This document shows, one piece after another, positions 41,701-58,658 of a stretch of 64,000 nt of DNA. Positions within the stretch are counted from its first letter, which is position 1. Every line of letters starts with the position of its first letter. Source of the DNA: the human T2T-CHM13v2.0 reference genome, Homo sapiens; NCBI RefSeq assembly GCF_009914755.1, contig NC_060929.1, one strand, 5' to 3'. A program made the position numbers and the translations under genes. The notes below the pieces were generated by a model. That model made no database searches and was not told where the DNA came from. It was given only the letters and a program-made list of their open reading frames with translations.

Positions 41701-41994
41701 CTTTTACTCAGCCACTTCACTAGGAATCTCACCTGCAGGAAGACTTGTTGTGAATTTGTTTGTTCATTCTTCTAAGACAAAGTCCACAGGTGTCTTTTTA
41801 GATTTAAAATCTCTACAACCCAATTTCATATCTCAAGGTGCGAACTCCTACCTGCCTCTCTAACTTCTTGTCCCCCATCTCCTACCAATGAGGCCAGCAA
41901 GTCCCCAGAAGTTCTTCTAAGCTTGGGGTAAAATTCTATGCAGTGGTAGAAGAAAAAGAATAAAGGTAAATTTATTTTTGATGATGTTCACCTG

Positions 41995-42380
41995 GTATCT
42001 TGTCCATTCAAGATGCTATAACAAAGTACCATACCCTGGGTGGCTTATAGACATTTATTCTTTAAAAAGAGCAGACATTTATTTCTCACAGTTCTGGAGG
42101 CTGAACGTCTAAGATCAGGGAACCAGCGTGGTCAGGTTCTGCTGAGAGCCCTCTGCCAGGTTGCAGATTGCTATTTTCTCCTTGTATCTGCACGTGGTGG
42201 AAATAGGATGAGAGAGAGCTCTCTGGGGTCCCTTTTATAAGGGCACTGATCCCATTCATGAGGGCTCCACCATCATGAGCTAATTACCTCCTAGGGACCC
42301 CATCTCCTGATAGTATCACTTTCAGGGTTAGGATTTTGACAAATGAATTTTGGAAAGATACAAACCTTCAGACCATTGAC
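41995..42380 (-). mobile_element. MLT1A-type MaLR solo LTR
   Basis: GCTATAACAAAGTACCATA...TTCTCACAGTTCTGGAGGCTG...ATAAGGGCACTGATCCCATTCATGAGGGCTCCACC. Confidence 0.82.
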
Positions 42381-42769
42381 CCTAGGTTTATTATGTTTTA
42401 AGATTTTCTTTCATTTACTTTATCTTTCTTTTCCCTCCTTATCCATATATGTATATGTGTCGGAATGTGTGTGTGTGTGTGTGTGCATATATGTGTGCAC
42501 ATAGGAGTATGTATATGCATATACATTTTCTTTTGGCTAAACTATTTGCAAATGAGTTGCACATATAATGACGCCTCACTCCCAAATCCTCCAGCATGAA
42601 TCTCTTAAGAATGAGACATTCCTATAAATCATCACAAGTATCCCATCCAGTACTGCTTACATTCAACAATGGAGTTTATTTTTTCTCCTCATTTTGTTCT
42701 AATGTAATTGTATTTTTGAATATGAGAAAATACATATTTTGAACACTTACGTGGTTCAAAAGTCCAAAC

Positions 42770-43320
<551 letters not shown>

Positions 43321-44537
43321 TAACCCCTGTTTCTTTTTGTAAAAATACATGTGTAAAGTGTGGATTCCTTTCCTCCTTTTTTTTTTAATTACACAAAAGG
43401 ACCATGTTATACACACTCTTTAGATGAAGCTTTTTATTCTTATTTTCTTAAAAATACATCCTGAAAATCACTGTCTATCAGTTCCTGGAGATCTTTCTCT
43501 AAATGAAGACTCATTTGGTGTCAGGTAATACTCTTTAAGAAATGGTATATTTGAGTCAGAAACCAGAATCGATGCATTATTACACTTTATACCGTGATGT
43601 GTCACTGAAAGTTTTTTTTTTAAATACCAATTCATTTAAATGTTTATTTTCAGTTAGTAATAAAACATTTTTGTTCTTTATTTCCAAATAACTTTCTTGC
43701 AGATTTGTTTCATTTGCTTTTCACATAATTCTACATGTGATACAGTGTGAGTATGCACATATCAAAATTTTCTTGGTTATCCCATTTTAGCTGATGAATG
43801 AATGGAGGTACAGAATGCATAGAAGATTTATTTTTTTGCCAACATCCATCAGACTTTCCTATGAGCATTCTTCTATAAGCCTGCAATAACAAATGATTTT
43901 CTGTCATAAGTGATCACACGTTCTATAATTTAATATTTTTTCCAGTATAATTACTATCTACTAGGTTCATACGATCTTCTGTACATTACAAGTATAACTG
44001 TCATTATTCCTTTGGCACAATTTCAACATGTGGGAAGAGCCAGAGATTCCAAACTTCTAATTTTGCATTCCCTAAATCACAAATGACCTTTTGTGATGTC
44101 AGTAGACATGGAGTGGAGAGATAAACTTCAGAATCTATAAGACCTTTTGCATGTTTTGATTGAGACAAATCTAAAGCATTCTAAATGGGAAATTCCTTTC
44201 CTGCTTTTAAAATCATAAGATACATTAAAACATGAACAAGTTTACCCTGTTTTATATTGATGTCCCTATGATTTTAATGCCACTTTACACGAACAAGATC
44301 AGAGTTGTGCTTTCAGAGTACAGAACAGCTGGTTTCCTGAACTAAAAGCAGGTTGGGGAATCAGGCAGGGAATGGGGTGATCTACCAGTTGTCCTTTCCA
44401 TGCTGAAAGGAAATTTAAGGTTCCTGAGCAGTGAAGTTACAAATATAGATTTAATAGATGTCCATTTCTGAGTAATACAGAAAGGAGTTGTCCTTGGAAG
44501 AAAGTAATTTTCTTCCACATTTCCAAAAGAAAATCAG

Positions 44538-44890
44538 TGTATTAGTCTGTTCTCATGCTGCTAATAAAGACATACCTGAGACTGAGTAATTTATAAAGAA
44601 AAGAGGTTTAATGGACTCATGGTTCCACATGGCTGGGGAAGCCTCACAATCATGGCAGAAGGCAAAGGGGAAGCAAAGGTACGTCTTACATGGTGGCAGA
44701 CAAGAGGGCATGTGTAGGGAACTCCCCTTTATAAAACCATCATATCTGTGAGACTTACTCACTACTACCAGAATGGTATGGGGGAAACCACCCCATGATT
44801 CAATTGTGTCCACCTGGCTCCACCCTTGACGCTTGGGGATTATTACAATTCAAGGTGAGATTTGGGTGAGATTTTGGCCAGGTCATATCA
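44538..44890 (-). mobile_element. THE1 (THE1C-like) solo LTR
   Basis: TGTATTAGTCTGTTCTCATGC...CATATCA; perfect TSD ATCAG. Confidence 0.92.
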
Positions 44891-45331
44891 ATCAGCAACC
44901 CCAATTTGGTTCAACAATCATAGATGCTGTTGTTGATACACAGCAGGCTTCAAGCTAGGCATGGGAATGGACATTCCCTACTCCTAAGAGTAGTCCAGCA
45001 AGGGCTAAATTATGCACTCAAATTTGTATCTCCATGATACTGGAAACATGCAGGGAGAAACTGCTGGTTGATGAATGGGAATTTGACAAGTCAGGGTCTG
45101 GTTATCAGTCGCATGTGCTAAACACTAAAAATTAGCTAAGGATCAAGCCAACCTCAGTATAAAGGGCATCGGGTAGCAACAGTTGTTGGGCCATTGAACT
45201 ATAGATGTTATATGCATTTCTTTTAAAGTCTTCCAACTGTTTTGAAATGGTTCTCAAAGCTAAATAGGCCCGGGAAATAAATGTCCTGTTCTGCCAAATT
45301 TGCATTTTCTTTGTGCTCTGTCAGCAGTTGA

Positions 45332-45722
45332 TGAGGTAGGAGGCAAGACTCAACTCCGGAGGTGGGACTGGGGCACCATACCAAATTTAGGACCAGCTAA
45401 AACAGGGTGGGAGGTGGGGAAGCAGTTTTCTGTAAGACACGCAGACCGAGAATTTCTGCATAAGCTACCCCTTAATTTGCATGTAATTAAAAGTGGGTAT
45501 AAATATGAGTGCAGAACTGCCTCTGAGAACCTACTCTGGACACATTGCCGATGGGGTAGCCCTGCTCTGCAAGGAGCAGTGCCTCTGCTGCTGCTCTGAC
45601 ACTGCTACTTCAATAAAAGTTGCTGTCTGACTCAACCAACTCTCCCTTGAATTCTTTTCTTGGCAAAGCCAAGAACCTGCCTGGGCTAAGCCCCAATTCT
45701 GGGGCTCACCCGTCCTGCATCA
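45332..45722 (+). mobile_element. MER66-type solo LTR (ERV1), apparently internally deleted
   Basis: TGAGGTAGGAGGCAAGACTCAACTCCGGAGG...CTTAATTTGCATGTAATTAAAAGTGGGTATAAATA...AATAAA...CCTGCATCA. Confidence 0.78.
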
Positions 45723-46669
45723 GTTAGATTGCCCTTGCTTATCCATCCAGGCTTCTCCCTTGTTTCAGTACGTCAAGGGAACCTCACATGAGAACTCACT
45801 GGAAATACAACTGGCACAGCGTTATGTGATGGTCAAAGGCATCCTTTTTAAGAATCATTATTTCATATGGCCATTTTGACAATTACTGTTTTTCTTTGTC
45901 TGGTTTGATTTTGCAGTTGCTCTATGTCATTGAGATATCTGGTAATACAGGCTCACCCATTTTTAGGGTAGCCTGTACATTACACACACACACACACATC
46001 CCCCAACCTGCCACACATGCCACCAAATAGAAAAGAAGGAAAAATATATTAACTTTAAGTTTTGGGCCTAGGCTGATGCTCATGATTAATCTCAGAGTAG
46101 AGTATGGATACAGAGTTTGCTTGTGAGTAGGGAGATTAAACAGCCCAGTGGGAGGCATTTCTAGCCTGGGAACATTCATTGTGGCCCTTATTGTTTGGGA
46201 GCATGGAATAGTATCCTGTTGACTGCTCAGCACAGTTTGGCTTGCTCCATGAATTATGTGAATTGCATCTTCATCTGACTTCATTCTTTTTAGCCGTCTT
46301 ATTCATTGAGTTTTGGATAAGCAGATTATTACATATCTCCTTTAGCATACCAAGGTAAGACCTTCTAACATTTTATTATGAAGGTTTATTGGGATTCTGT
46401 ATACACAGAGAAAGAAAGAAATGAATCGTTCTAGAGGCAAAGATCCCAGATTCTGCACTTTCTTTACAAGTGGAGGTGCTGTCTCCCTGCCTTATTGTTT
46501 CTGATCCATGGGAATCTCCTTAGAACAATTAGGAAGACTTAAGCTTATTTCTTCTGACTCCATTCTCAATGCTCACATTGGACCCGTATTTCACAACACA
46601 CATGTCATGCTTATTTTTTATCATTGGAATTCACATCCCAGATCTATCTGGTACCAATTCAGATAACAA

Positions 46670-46895
46670 ACCTTAATTGAGTATTGGCTCTGTGCCAGAC
46701 ACTTTACTAGTTCTCCTAAGTTAACATAAGACTATCTTAGAGGTGGTCTGATATTTTATTAGCGTATCTATTTGCTTATAATTTAGAAAAGGAAATTAGG
46801 AGCAATGGAGTAATGAGACTGAATGCACCATGAGCTGAGGATTCAACATGAACAAGACAGACAATCCCTTCTGGACACTACAGTCTAGTGGGTGA
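46670..46895 (-). mobile_element. L2 3' end interrupted by a ~120-bp non-repeat insert
   Basis: TTGAGTATTGGCTCTGTGCCAGACACTTTACTAG | insert | GAGCTGAGGATTCAACATGAACAAGACAGACA...ACAGTCTAGTGGG. Confidence 0.7.
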
Positions 46896-47324
46896 CTTTG
46901 CTAAATAATCATATAGATTATTATTTTCTTCAATTGAATGTCACTGTGTCTTTACTTCTTACAGTTTTTAATGATTTCACCCTCAATTTCCCCCTTTCCT
47001 TAATACTGGCATATAATTTATTGGTTTATTGATTTGTCATCAAAAAATTAGTTTATATTTATTGAATGGATATATCTGGCATCATAATAGATGTGCTGGG
47101 GACAAAACAGATGTTGCTCTTTATATGTTTGTAGCCTGGTTGTGAAGATAAAATTTATAGTCATGAAATACATGGAATTAGCTAATTGTGCAACAGAGTG
47201 TTTGGTTATCAAGTTAATGGCAATTCAAAAAGTAAAAGATGTATTAGGGCTGTAAAACCTAGTGAAACTTTCTTGCAGAGTGGAAGAGTTGAGCTACTCT
47301 TTGAATGTTGGGTAGAGTTGACAT

Positions 47325-48245
<921 letters not shown>

Positions 48246-48866
48246 ATACATATGCAGACAAGATGGGGCATTGAAAATTAATTGGGTGGAGGGGCACATA
48301 AGGTAGGGGAGAGTGCATAGAGGCCTGTGGTGTGGGGATGTAATCACAAAACAAATTGAAAGTCAGGAAGAAGAAGCTTTTTGAGCACATCGTAGTTGAC
48401 ACACCAATATTTAAAAGCCAGGTGGATATTTCCAGCAGGGCCATGGTTGAGCAGAATACCCATGTCCTTGATTCAGAGGTGAGACCTGGGTCAGAGGTAT
48501 GGATTTCGGAGATGTGATTTTTGCAGTTAAAGTTCTGGAGTGCATTTGAGGTTGCCCGAGGAGAGGTGCCTTGGAGTAGACCTATAGTGCTCCTGGTTTG
48601 TGAGCTCCTTCCCAGGAAGTTTGCATCTGCATACCTGTGCCTTCTTGTTCTGCTTATGTTTGCAATCTTGGGGATACCCCCTAAGTGTTTAGAGAAAATG
48701 AAGAAAACTGATTACCTCTTGGGAAAATTTCCCTTTCATCTTAGCAGACAACTGAGCTGGTGTCTGGGGAGCCACGCTTAGCAGCTGTGGGTGTGAAGAG
48801 CAGGAGTCCGTGACAGATGAACGAAGGGACCAGTGTGCAGCAGTGCAAGGTGTGAAGCAGTTTCAT

Positions 48867-49330
48867 TGTGCACTGATTACTGACTTGTCTGAGTCTGGTG
48901 AGACAGGACACCCCCACACACAAGTTACTTGAAGCAGTTTATTAGTTAGAGAGAGGCAGCCAGGAATGGCAGATGCCTGGGATTCATTGTGAGCTGGTTG
49001 CTCCAGAAAGGGGCCTGGGCTGAATAGAGTCTCATCTGCACACACTCCACTTCCACTGCTGCTCAGGGACCTTGGAAAGCAGCCTGCCCTTGATTTTATA
49101 CCCCAGGGTCATTGGGCCTGCTGGGCTAAAGCACTGAAGGACATCCTGTTTCCAGAGGGAGACCAGAAAGAGTCCGGGATATTCTGGCCAGTCCCTCCTT
49201 GCCTCAGGATGGTGTATCCCCAGCACATCCTACAGTTATTCTTGTCAACTACTAGTAAAGAAGGGGATAGAACTAAGTCCACGGTTACCTGGAGGATTGT
49301 CCTTTGCTGGGGGAACTTGAAGTCGGCAAC
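48867..49330 (-). mobile_element. ERVL-class LTR (MER54/MER74-like)
   Basis: TGTGCACTGATTACTGACTTGTCTGAGTCTGGTGAGACAG...GTTTATT...TTTTATACCC (polyA signal and TATA in reverse). Confidence 0.55.
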
Positions 49331-50014
49331 ATGAGTGATACCACCTGCAGGCATGGTTAGTTTCCTGACCTGGGCTGTCTAGCACTGCAGAAAGATGAGA
49401 GTGGGGATGATCCCAGAAAGGATGTAGGTGGCAGATCCTGAAATTGGGAAACATCCTCCACTGGCATTCTAATTTCCCATTTACATGAAAGGATACTAGA
49501 AGCTCTTCTTTTCCTAAATCAACAATAGACTATCTTAGGAGTGCTCTAATATTTCATTAACTGATCTATTACCTTATAATTTACAAAGGGAAATCAGGAG
49601 CAATGGAGTAATGAGATCAAAAGCCCTCCGTGGAGTTAATAGACCATAGCTTTGAAGGGTGAAACCAAGAACATTTTGAACAATGATGCTTTATTTGGAA
49701 TGCACAAAGCCTTCCAAGGTAAACTCCTTTGAAGGACAAAATTCATTTTGATGTTTATGTTCTGGAATGTACATTAAAATTCATCCTAATTACTTAATTG
49801 ACATACCTCATTAACAAGAATAAAGTGATAATAGTTAACATTCATCAAACACTTCATACAGGTCCTGGGTAGTAAGGAGGTGCTCTCAGTATGCCTCTTT
49901 CTGTACCTAGGTATTTAACCAGGAGCATTTTGCTTAACCTCACTGTTCCTCAGTCTCCTCATCTATAAAATGGGGACAAAAATGGTACCTTGTTTGTAGA
50001 AATGTATTGGCCAC

Positions 50015-50601
50015 TGTCAATAGAGAAAAACCACAAGGCAAGTCTCAATCATTTTAGAAGGTTTATTTGCCAAAGTTAAGGACATGTGCCCAGGAGACAG
50101 GTCTATGCCTCTCTCCAAAGGTGATTTTGAGGGCTCCAAATTTAAAGTGGAAAGGGTGGGATATTGAGAAGTATACAATTTTCATGTAAGAGGTGGGTAG
50201 GGAAAAATATTCATTTATTTGTTTGGCTCAAATGGAGCAGAGGAAAAATGCAGGGAATCTACATTTTTACATAAGATAACAGAGGAAACAGGATAGGGGA
50301 ACAACTGGATATGCATTTGTGTTTGGTGGGCACGGGGGTGACTGCACCTGTAAAGATAAGCTATCAATTTACATTGCCATGGTGAAATCTTAGGGTGAAA
50401 GCAGAAACACCTTAGGGTAAAGATCTTGCCAGGTCACTAGGAATTTCTTTGTGGGCAAAATATGGGGGAGGCTTGTAGCGTTTCATCTTGTAGCCATGTT
50501 ATTTAGGAACCAAAAAGGGGAGGCAGGTTTATGTGACCCTGTTCCAAGCTTGAATTTTCCCTTTGGTTTAATTTAGATTTAAGATTTAATTTCCTTTCAC
50601 A
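50015..50601 (-). mobile_element. MER4A-type solo LTR inserted in a MIR
   Basis: TGTCAATAGAGAAAAAC...AGTCTCAATCATTTTAGAAGGTTTATTTGCCAAAGTTAAGGAC...TTCCTTTCACA; MIR core CCTCAGTCTCCTCATCTATAAAATGGGG just upstream. Confidence 0.8.
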
Positions 50602-50844
50602 TCACTAAACAAGCTAATACATGAGGCATAGCATATTCTACACATAGCATAGAATAATTCCCATCACAAAGTAGGAGTTCAACAAATGTTGGTCATTCAT
50701 TTGTGGAACACGTACAGTTGGCCTCTTTGGAAAGAGGAGAAAAGTATATCTTGGAGAAGTGAAGTCAGAAGCTGGCAGATGAGTTGTAGCACTAGCATCA
50801 ACCCAAGCATAGCCAGAATCTCAAGCTTGTGACTGAAACCACCT

Positions 50845-51215
50845 TGATTTAGTAAATTACATCACGTGGGCCAAATCCTGCCCCTTGCCTTTCTTTGTAA
50901 GGCCAGGGAGCTAAAAATGTTTCTTTGCATGAACATTAAAATCCTATTGATGAGAGGAAACACTAATTTTGAATCTCCATTAAGGAAAATGTTATCCCCT
51001 CACCAAAAAATATTCACATCTCTCATTAGTCAACTTGTAATTACAAGCAATTGTAGTCAATTATTATTGTATTTGAATTTTATGAATACAAATGTAAGAA
51101 CTTGTTTTCTCTCTTGTTATATAAGTAGCTACATAATATCCTTGATTCTGACTCCAGGCCCACAAAGACTAAAATGCTTTCTGGCTCTTTCAAAAAGTTT
51201 TTGCATGATGCCACT
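50845..51215. mobile_element. Charlie1/MER58-family DNA transposon derivative
   Basis: GTGGGCCAAATCC...GAGCTAAAAATG...GCCCACAAAGACTAAAAT...AAAAGTTT. Confidence 0.65.
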
Positions 51216-53619
51216 CTAACCACCCTGCATATTGCCTCCATTTCTGTTAGATGCTAGGGTGGTCCCTATGGAGAACCTTTTGAAACTAGAAATCTGGCCA
51301 TTGCAGTTGGGGTGCAGGGGACAGAAACTGGATAGCCAAGGTGGGTGGAAGGGGATGCTTAGAAACGTAGGCCTGCAGGCAGTCATGGTACTGCTGCATG
51401 CAAGGTACCTGCAGAGATTTGGGTAGAAACCTGAGCCCAGCAGAAACTTCTGTACAAAAAGGCTTTAGATAGTATGTTGCTGAAGACCTCTTGTGCTAGA
51501 GAATATTGGCTAACTATGTTGAAATACTAACATTCTCCCAGGTTACACTTTTCTTTCCACCTCTCAGGGGTGCACTAAATAAAAATATCCTTGAAGAATG
51601 TAAGCCTAGAAACTTGGCAGGACTTTTCGAAAGCAACTTTAAGTATTTTTATTTTCCCTTGAAGGAGGCTTGGAAAACTCATTTATATCACTAAGCTGTT
51701 GGGAGATAGCTGGTGGCTGGAATGAAAATCATGTCACAAATGGCTTCTGGGACATATTTAACAGGCTCAGGTAGCTGAGATGGTGTGATTGGTAGCTGAG
51801 ATGGTGTGATGGGTGACAAGGAACCATGGAGATTTTGATTGTTGCCAAATAAAAATAGGCCAAAGGATAGACTTCTGGAAGGCGCTGTTGGGAAGGTGCT
51901 ATTGAGGCACCCAAAACTTAGGCCTGAAAAGAGCCAAGGAGAACTGCAGGCTGTGTCATCTTTTCTTCCACAGATGCAAAGATGGGGACTCTGAGAACTT
52001 GGGTCATCTCTTGCCAAGCTGCTGAATAGCCAGAGGTAGACCCAGGTTCTTTGCAAACTTCCTTATTTACATAGCCATCAAACTGCTTTAAACCTTTGTA
52101 TTTCTAAAACTGACTTAACAAGTTAAAACAAGTTCAGATCTCTTTGTGGCAACCCAAGTTCTCCCAAACTCTTGGCTGAAAATGCCTTGCTCATTCCGGG
52201 ACTGCCCAAAGGTAATGAGACCTCTGTCATCTCATCCCTCACTTGATCCTGACTCCAGTGTGAGTCCTGACTCCACTGGGCCATGGGCCTGCCCACTCGC
52301 CTTATTTCTGACCTCCCCTTTGGAGCAGCTGAAACAGTTCAAGACTTGACTTAAACAGTAGCATATGAACAAATGTTGAAATCTAAATCTGGGCTTTTGG
52401 CCATGCAAAACAGGGTGGGAGTTATTATTTTTTGCCAATTTGAAGTAAATGAAAATCCACTTTTTTTGGATTGGGCGAATGAGGCAAAAAACCTCCTATT
52501 AGGAAGATCCTTCCTTTTGCCCCTCATTGTTTGTGTTGTACTCAGCCCTGCCACAGAATTGTCATGTTACAACATGACAAGGGCTTTATTAGAGAAATCA
52601 CTGCCTGTGTAGGCCCCTGTTGGTTTGTGCCCATGGGTTTGTGTTCTTTACATGTCCCTTGCTTTCTCAGAACGTGTACTTGACCCGGAGCATCTACGTT
52701 GCCATGGAACTCCTTTACTTTAGCTGTTAGGCAGCAACGTTTGAATAGTTCCCCTTTCAAGGCAGAAAGCCTCTGTTCTGTGCAAAGTTCTTTCTACAAA
52801 GAATTGGAACACTGCATTATTTCTGCATAATTATCCAACTGGTAGTCACACTGGGGGTCTGTAGTGTATTTATTATGTGGGATATTATCAAGAGCAAGAA
52901 TTTTCCTCTTTCAGACTTGCAAGGGATTGTTAGCAGGCCCAAGAGGAAACCAGTCCCTGGCGTCTCGCAGTGTGCCTTCATGGCAGCATGGAGATGGACA
53001 CTCCTGGTTGGGACTCCTGTGGATCTTTATTCATTTATTTAAATACTTTTAACTGTTTTTGATATGGGATAAACCTTTAGAAATTTATAAAACATATTAA
53101 GGAATTTTTTCCAAAAAATCCATTTTATGCCTCTTCATTTTTTCTGTATCTGGAAGTGGTGTTACATTTTTGTGTATATCTGTTTCTGAATATGTGTGTG
53201 GATACAGTGCTTTTGATCTATCTCTGCTTCTGTCATAGGCTGACACTGGGAGAAGCTCGCAAGTCCAATTTACTCTTGACTTATGTCTCTAGGAAACACC
53301 CTTCTTTCTTGTAAAGAGTCCCTTTCCTTCCATTCTCCTCTGTCGTCTTGTTCTTATATGGTCTTGTGTATTTCATGGTTTTGGAGGAATTTATAAACAT
53401 GAAACAATGCATCCCGTTTTCCAAAGGGAAGAATGATTACTACTTACATTTGTTGAAGGTCTTCTTTTCAGGCACTCTGACATACAGATTGTTTAGTTTG
53501 ATGTTCACAAAAGTTTGTGAGCCATTAATAACAGTAATCACCATTTTTTCAGGCTATACTACACTATGCTATACATTGTCTTAGAGGAGTTTTGTCAGAT
53601 ATTCAGTTTAATTTCATCA

Positions 53620-55035
<1,416 letters not shown>

Positions 55036-56579
55036 CTGTTTTACAGATGAGCAAGCTGAGGCTTAAAGAAGTTCACTTAACACTCAGGTTTCTTAGACAT
55101 GCATTGTTTAGTTGTAAATATAAAAAATCCAAAGCAAAGGAAAAAAAAAGGTACACAGGGTAATTATGCAGAATGCAAGGGTAGGAATTATAGCTAAGCC
55201 TTACAAAGGACTTGAACCAAGACGAAAAATCTCTCAGTCACCTGGAGGGAGGCTTAGTGGGTTTCTTTCTGTCCTTTCCCTCTGCTCCTGTTCTTCAGCT
55301 CTTTCTCTTCCTCAGTGGGTGGGACTCTCATCTTTGTTTCTTTATGTTTGTCTTCACAATTCTGCTTGGTTGAAATGGCCTTAAAGCCCAATTACTTTCA
55401 AAGGAGCCACTGATCCAAGAGTCACCAGGAAAAGTGCAGAAAAGTTATCGTCTGATTCAATTCCTGGGGGAGAGAGAGAATTGGCTTGATATTGCCTCTG
55501 AATCATTTCTGCCTATTAGGTGTCCATCCCAGACCCACTCCATATCCAGTCTGCCCTGAGGGGGCCAGAGCCTCCTGGTTCCCATCTTGAGAATGGATTT
55601 GTTGAGGTGGTAGGCGTGGGTGAGCCGCCATCCCTGAGGCATATTCTGTCTCAAGGTCATGGGGTTCTTAGGTGGCAGAGCTGGAATGGGAAGTCCATGG
55701 TCTTTATATCCTTCCTCACTCTATATCTCCCCAATTCAAGCAGATCCCTGTCTAATTCACTGGTGAACATTGAAGTCCCCAGTAAAACTTGTGCTTCGAT
55801 TTAGAACAGTCGTAACTACCAACTGTAAACACTCCTTATTTGCCAGTCATTCTAAATGTATTTAAATGCTTTCTGTCATTAGACCTCAAAACAGCCCAGT
55901 GAAGTGTAGGTACTTTTCTGTTTTTATATCCCTTTTGTCAGATGAGAAAACCCAGAATAAAAGAAAGATAATTTGCTGAAAAAATTTGGCTAACTCTAAA
56001 CATTGTAGTTGCAAATAAAGTGTCAGCCTTGCCTGAGAGTTCTTTACAAAGGGAGAGCCTCAGGCCCCACCTGAGAACAGGTGGGTCAGAATCAGCATTT
56101 CTACCAGACCTCCAGCTGATCCATCTGCATATTCAAGGTGGAAGAGCACTGGGTTAGAATTCCTGGGATCAGATTCTAATTGTGATCTGAGTGAGACTGT
56201 CATGGGGAAGATGTTTGACATCATAACGTCCCCTTTCACTCATCTGTAGGAAGGTGATACAGAGGAATATGAACAAATGCATGTAAAAGTATCTGGTGCC
56301 TAGCAGGTGTTCTTAAAGGGGAAGTTGAGTCAGTAAAGCACATTTAGAGAAAAAGTCAGAGTCACGCTGTGAAATATGTAAGTCCTTGGTGAAAATGAGT
56401 ATTGTTTTAGCTTAAATATGACTCAAAGCAATTGGACAGCATAGGCATTTCAAAATATATTCTCCTGTATTCTTGCTTGTGAGGGTGTCAGACTCTGGAA
56501 TATTGACAACAGAATGTTTTCCATTCATCCAAATTTAACTTATAGTAAATAAACTTTCCACTGGTTCTTCTGAAAGTTA

Positions 56580-56645
56580 AACACACAAACTCACACATGT
56601 GTGCACGCACAGACACACAGACAGACAGACAGACACACACACCCC
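56580..56645. repeat. (CA)n/(CAGA)n compound microsatellite
   Basis: Seen directly in the sequence. Confidence 0.85.
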
Positions 56646-57196
56646 CCACAGAACATCCAGTTAAAGGAAAAATACCAGTTTCTTACTTCCGGTACAGAGG
56701 CCTCTCATGTTTCTTAGAAATCAAAGGCCTGTGTTGTAGGCCTGGCCATACAGCAAAAGCACAGCTGTCTAATAGTGTGGGTGTGTGGGAAGCAGTCATC
56801 AAAGCCAGTAACTGTGGAACAGGTGGGATCACTTTGGTTACAAGCCGTAGTTGGGCTCGCAGTCTTTAACACAGTGGGGCTTTTCTGGGGACCTTACCCG
56901 GCATCCTGGGTTGGGCAGTGGCAGCACAGTTGTTGCCTGGCTGAAGGTGTATGTCCCTCCATGATTTTCTTGGCTTTGCCCCTTAGACACAGTTGCTGTC
57001 ACACAATTGTGTTCAGGAGAGAGTCAGGAAAGGAAATTTTATACCCTTTTTTTCAAGAAGAAAATATTGTTCCCCAAACCCTGCACCTCCATTCTCCTTT
57101 GTCCCATTGCAGTCCTCTGGTTAGGTCTGTCACAGTCTTAAGATAAGAGCTATCTTCTGGTACCTGACAAAATTGGGGATTGGTTAGTGGAGAAGG

Positions 57197-57213
57197 GTAG
57201 ATGAGATAGATAA

Positions 57214-57245
<32 letters not shown>

Positions 57246-57265
57246 GTGATAGATGAAAGATAGAC
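57197..57265. repeat. (GATA)n tetranucleotide STR
   Basis: About 7 pure GATA units at 57217-57244 with imperfect flanks. Confidence 0.93.
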
Positions 57266-57317
57266 ACAGCAGTGCCCACAGAAAGGGAGATTCCTTCATA
57301 CTTGATATAATCTCTAG

Positions 57318-57397
57318 GCATTTTAGTCAGGGTTCTCCAGAGAAACAACCAGTAGGATCCATCTATCTATCTGTCATCTATCTGTCATCTGTCTATC

Positions 57398-57428
<31 letters not shown>

Positions 57429-57979
57429 ATCTATCATCTATCAGTCTATCATCTACTTATCATCTATTATCTATCATTATCTTCATCTGTTTATTATCTA
57501 TCATCTATCTATCTATCTACCTATCTATCTATCTATATTGATCCATCAATTGACATATAGAAGGAGCTTTACTCTGAGGTATTGGCTTATGTGACTGTGG
57601 AGGCTGGGAAGTCTCACAGTCTGCCATCTGGGAGTTGGAGGCCCCGGAAAGCTGGCCGTGTAAGTCAAAGGCCTGAGAACCAGGAGTCCTAATGGTGTAA
57701 CTCCCAGTCCAAGGGCAGGAGAAGACGTGTGTCTGAGCCCAAGCAGCCAGGCATAGAGTGAGAATTCAATTCAGTCTTCTGCCTTTTGTTCATTTCAGGC
57801 CCTCCCCCAGTTGGATGGCACCCACCCACATGAGGAGGGTCATCTGCTTTACTCAGTCACCAATTCAAATGCTGATCTTTTCCAGGAACACCCTCACAGA
57901 CATGCCCAGAAATAAAGTTTTACCAGTTATCTGGGCGTCCCGTGGTCCAGTCAAGTTGACCATAGAATTAACCATAACA
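57318..57979 (-). mobile_element. MLT2 (ERVL) solo LTR containing an expanded (TATC)n array at 57361-57536
   Basis: TTAGTCAGGGTTCTCCAGAGAAACA...GGAGGCTGGGAAGTC...CAGTCAAGTTGAC...AATTAACCATAACA. Confidence 0.85.
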
Positions 57980-58371
57980 CGAGGTTTGGGATGAATCCCA
58001 AATAGCAGAACAGAAAGGATAATTAATGCTGTATTTACTACTGTCATAACATACATATATGGGAGTACTCAGAACAGAATTAATACTTTATATTTAATTC
58101 AATCAATTTTTAGACTCCTCTTCATCTTCTATTTGCATGACTGTGCCAATCTCTCAATAAATCATCAGCTGAGAATATTGGCGTTTTTTGACTGTGGCAA
58201 ATAAAAAAGGAAGTAAGGTATATTTATTAACCTGGTTTTGGAACTTTCTCTGATCTTGATGATATCAAGGAACAGCCACTATCTTTTTTGTTTAGAGCTA
58301 GAGTTTAAGTGGTGTTTTAAAGCCAGAACCAATCATCAAGGTGAGAAGTGACTAAAGAAGCCAGATTGTGG

Positions 58372-58658
<287 letters not shown>

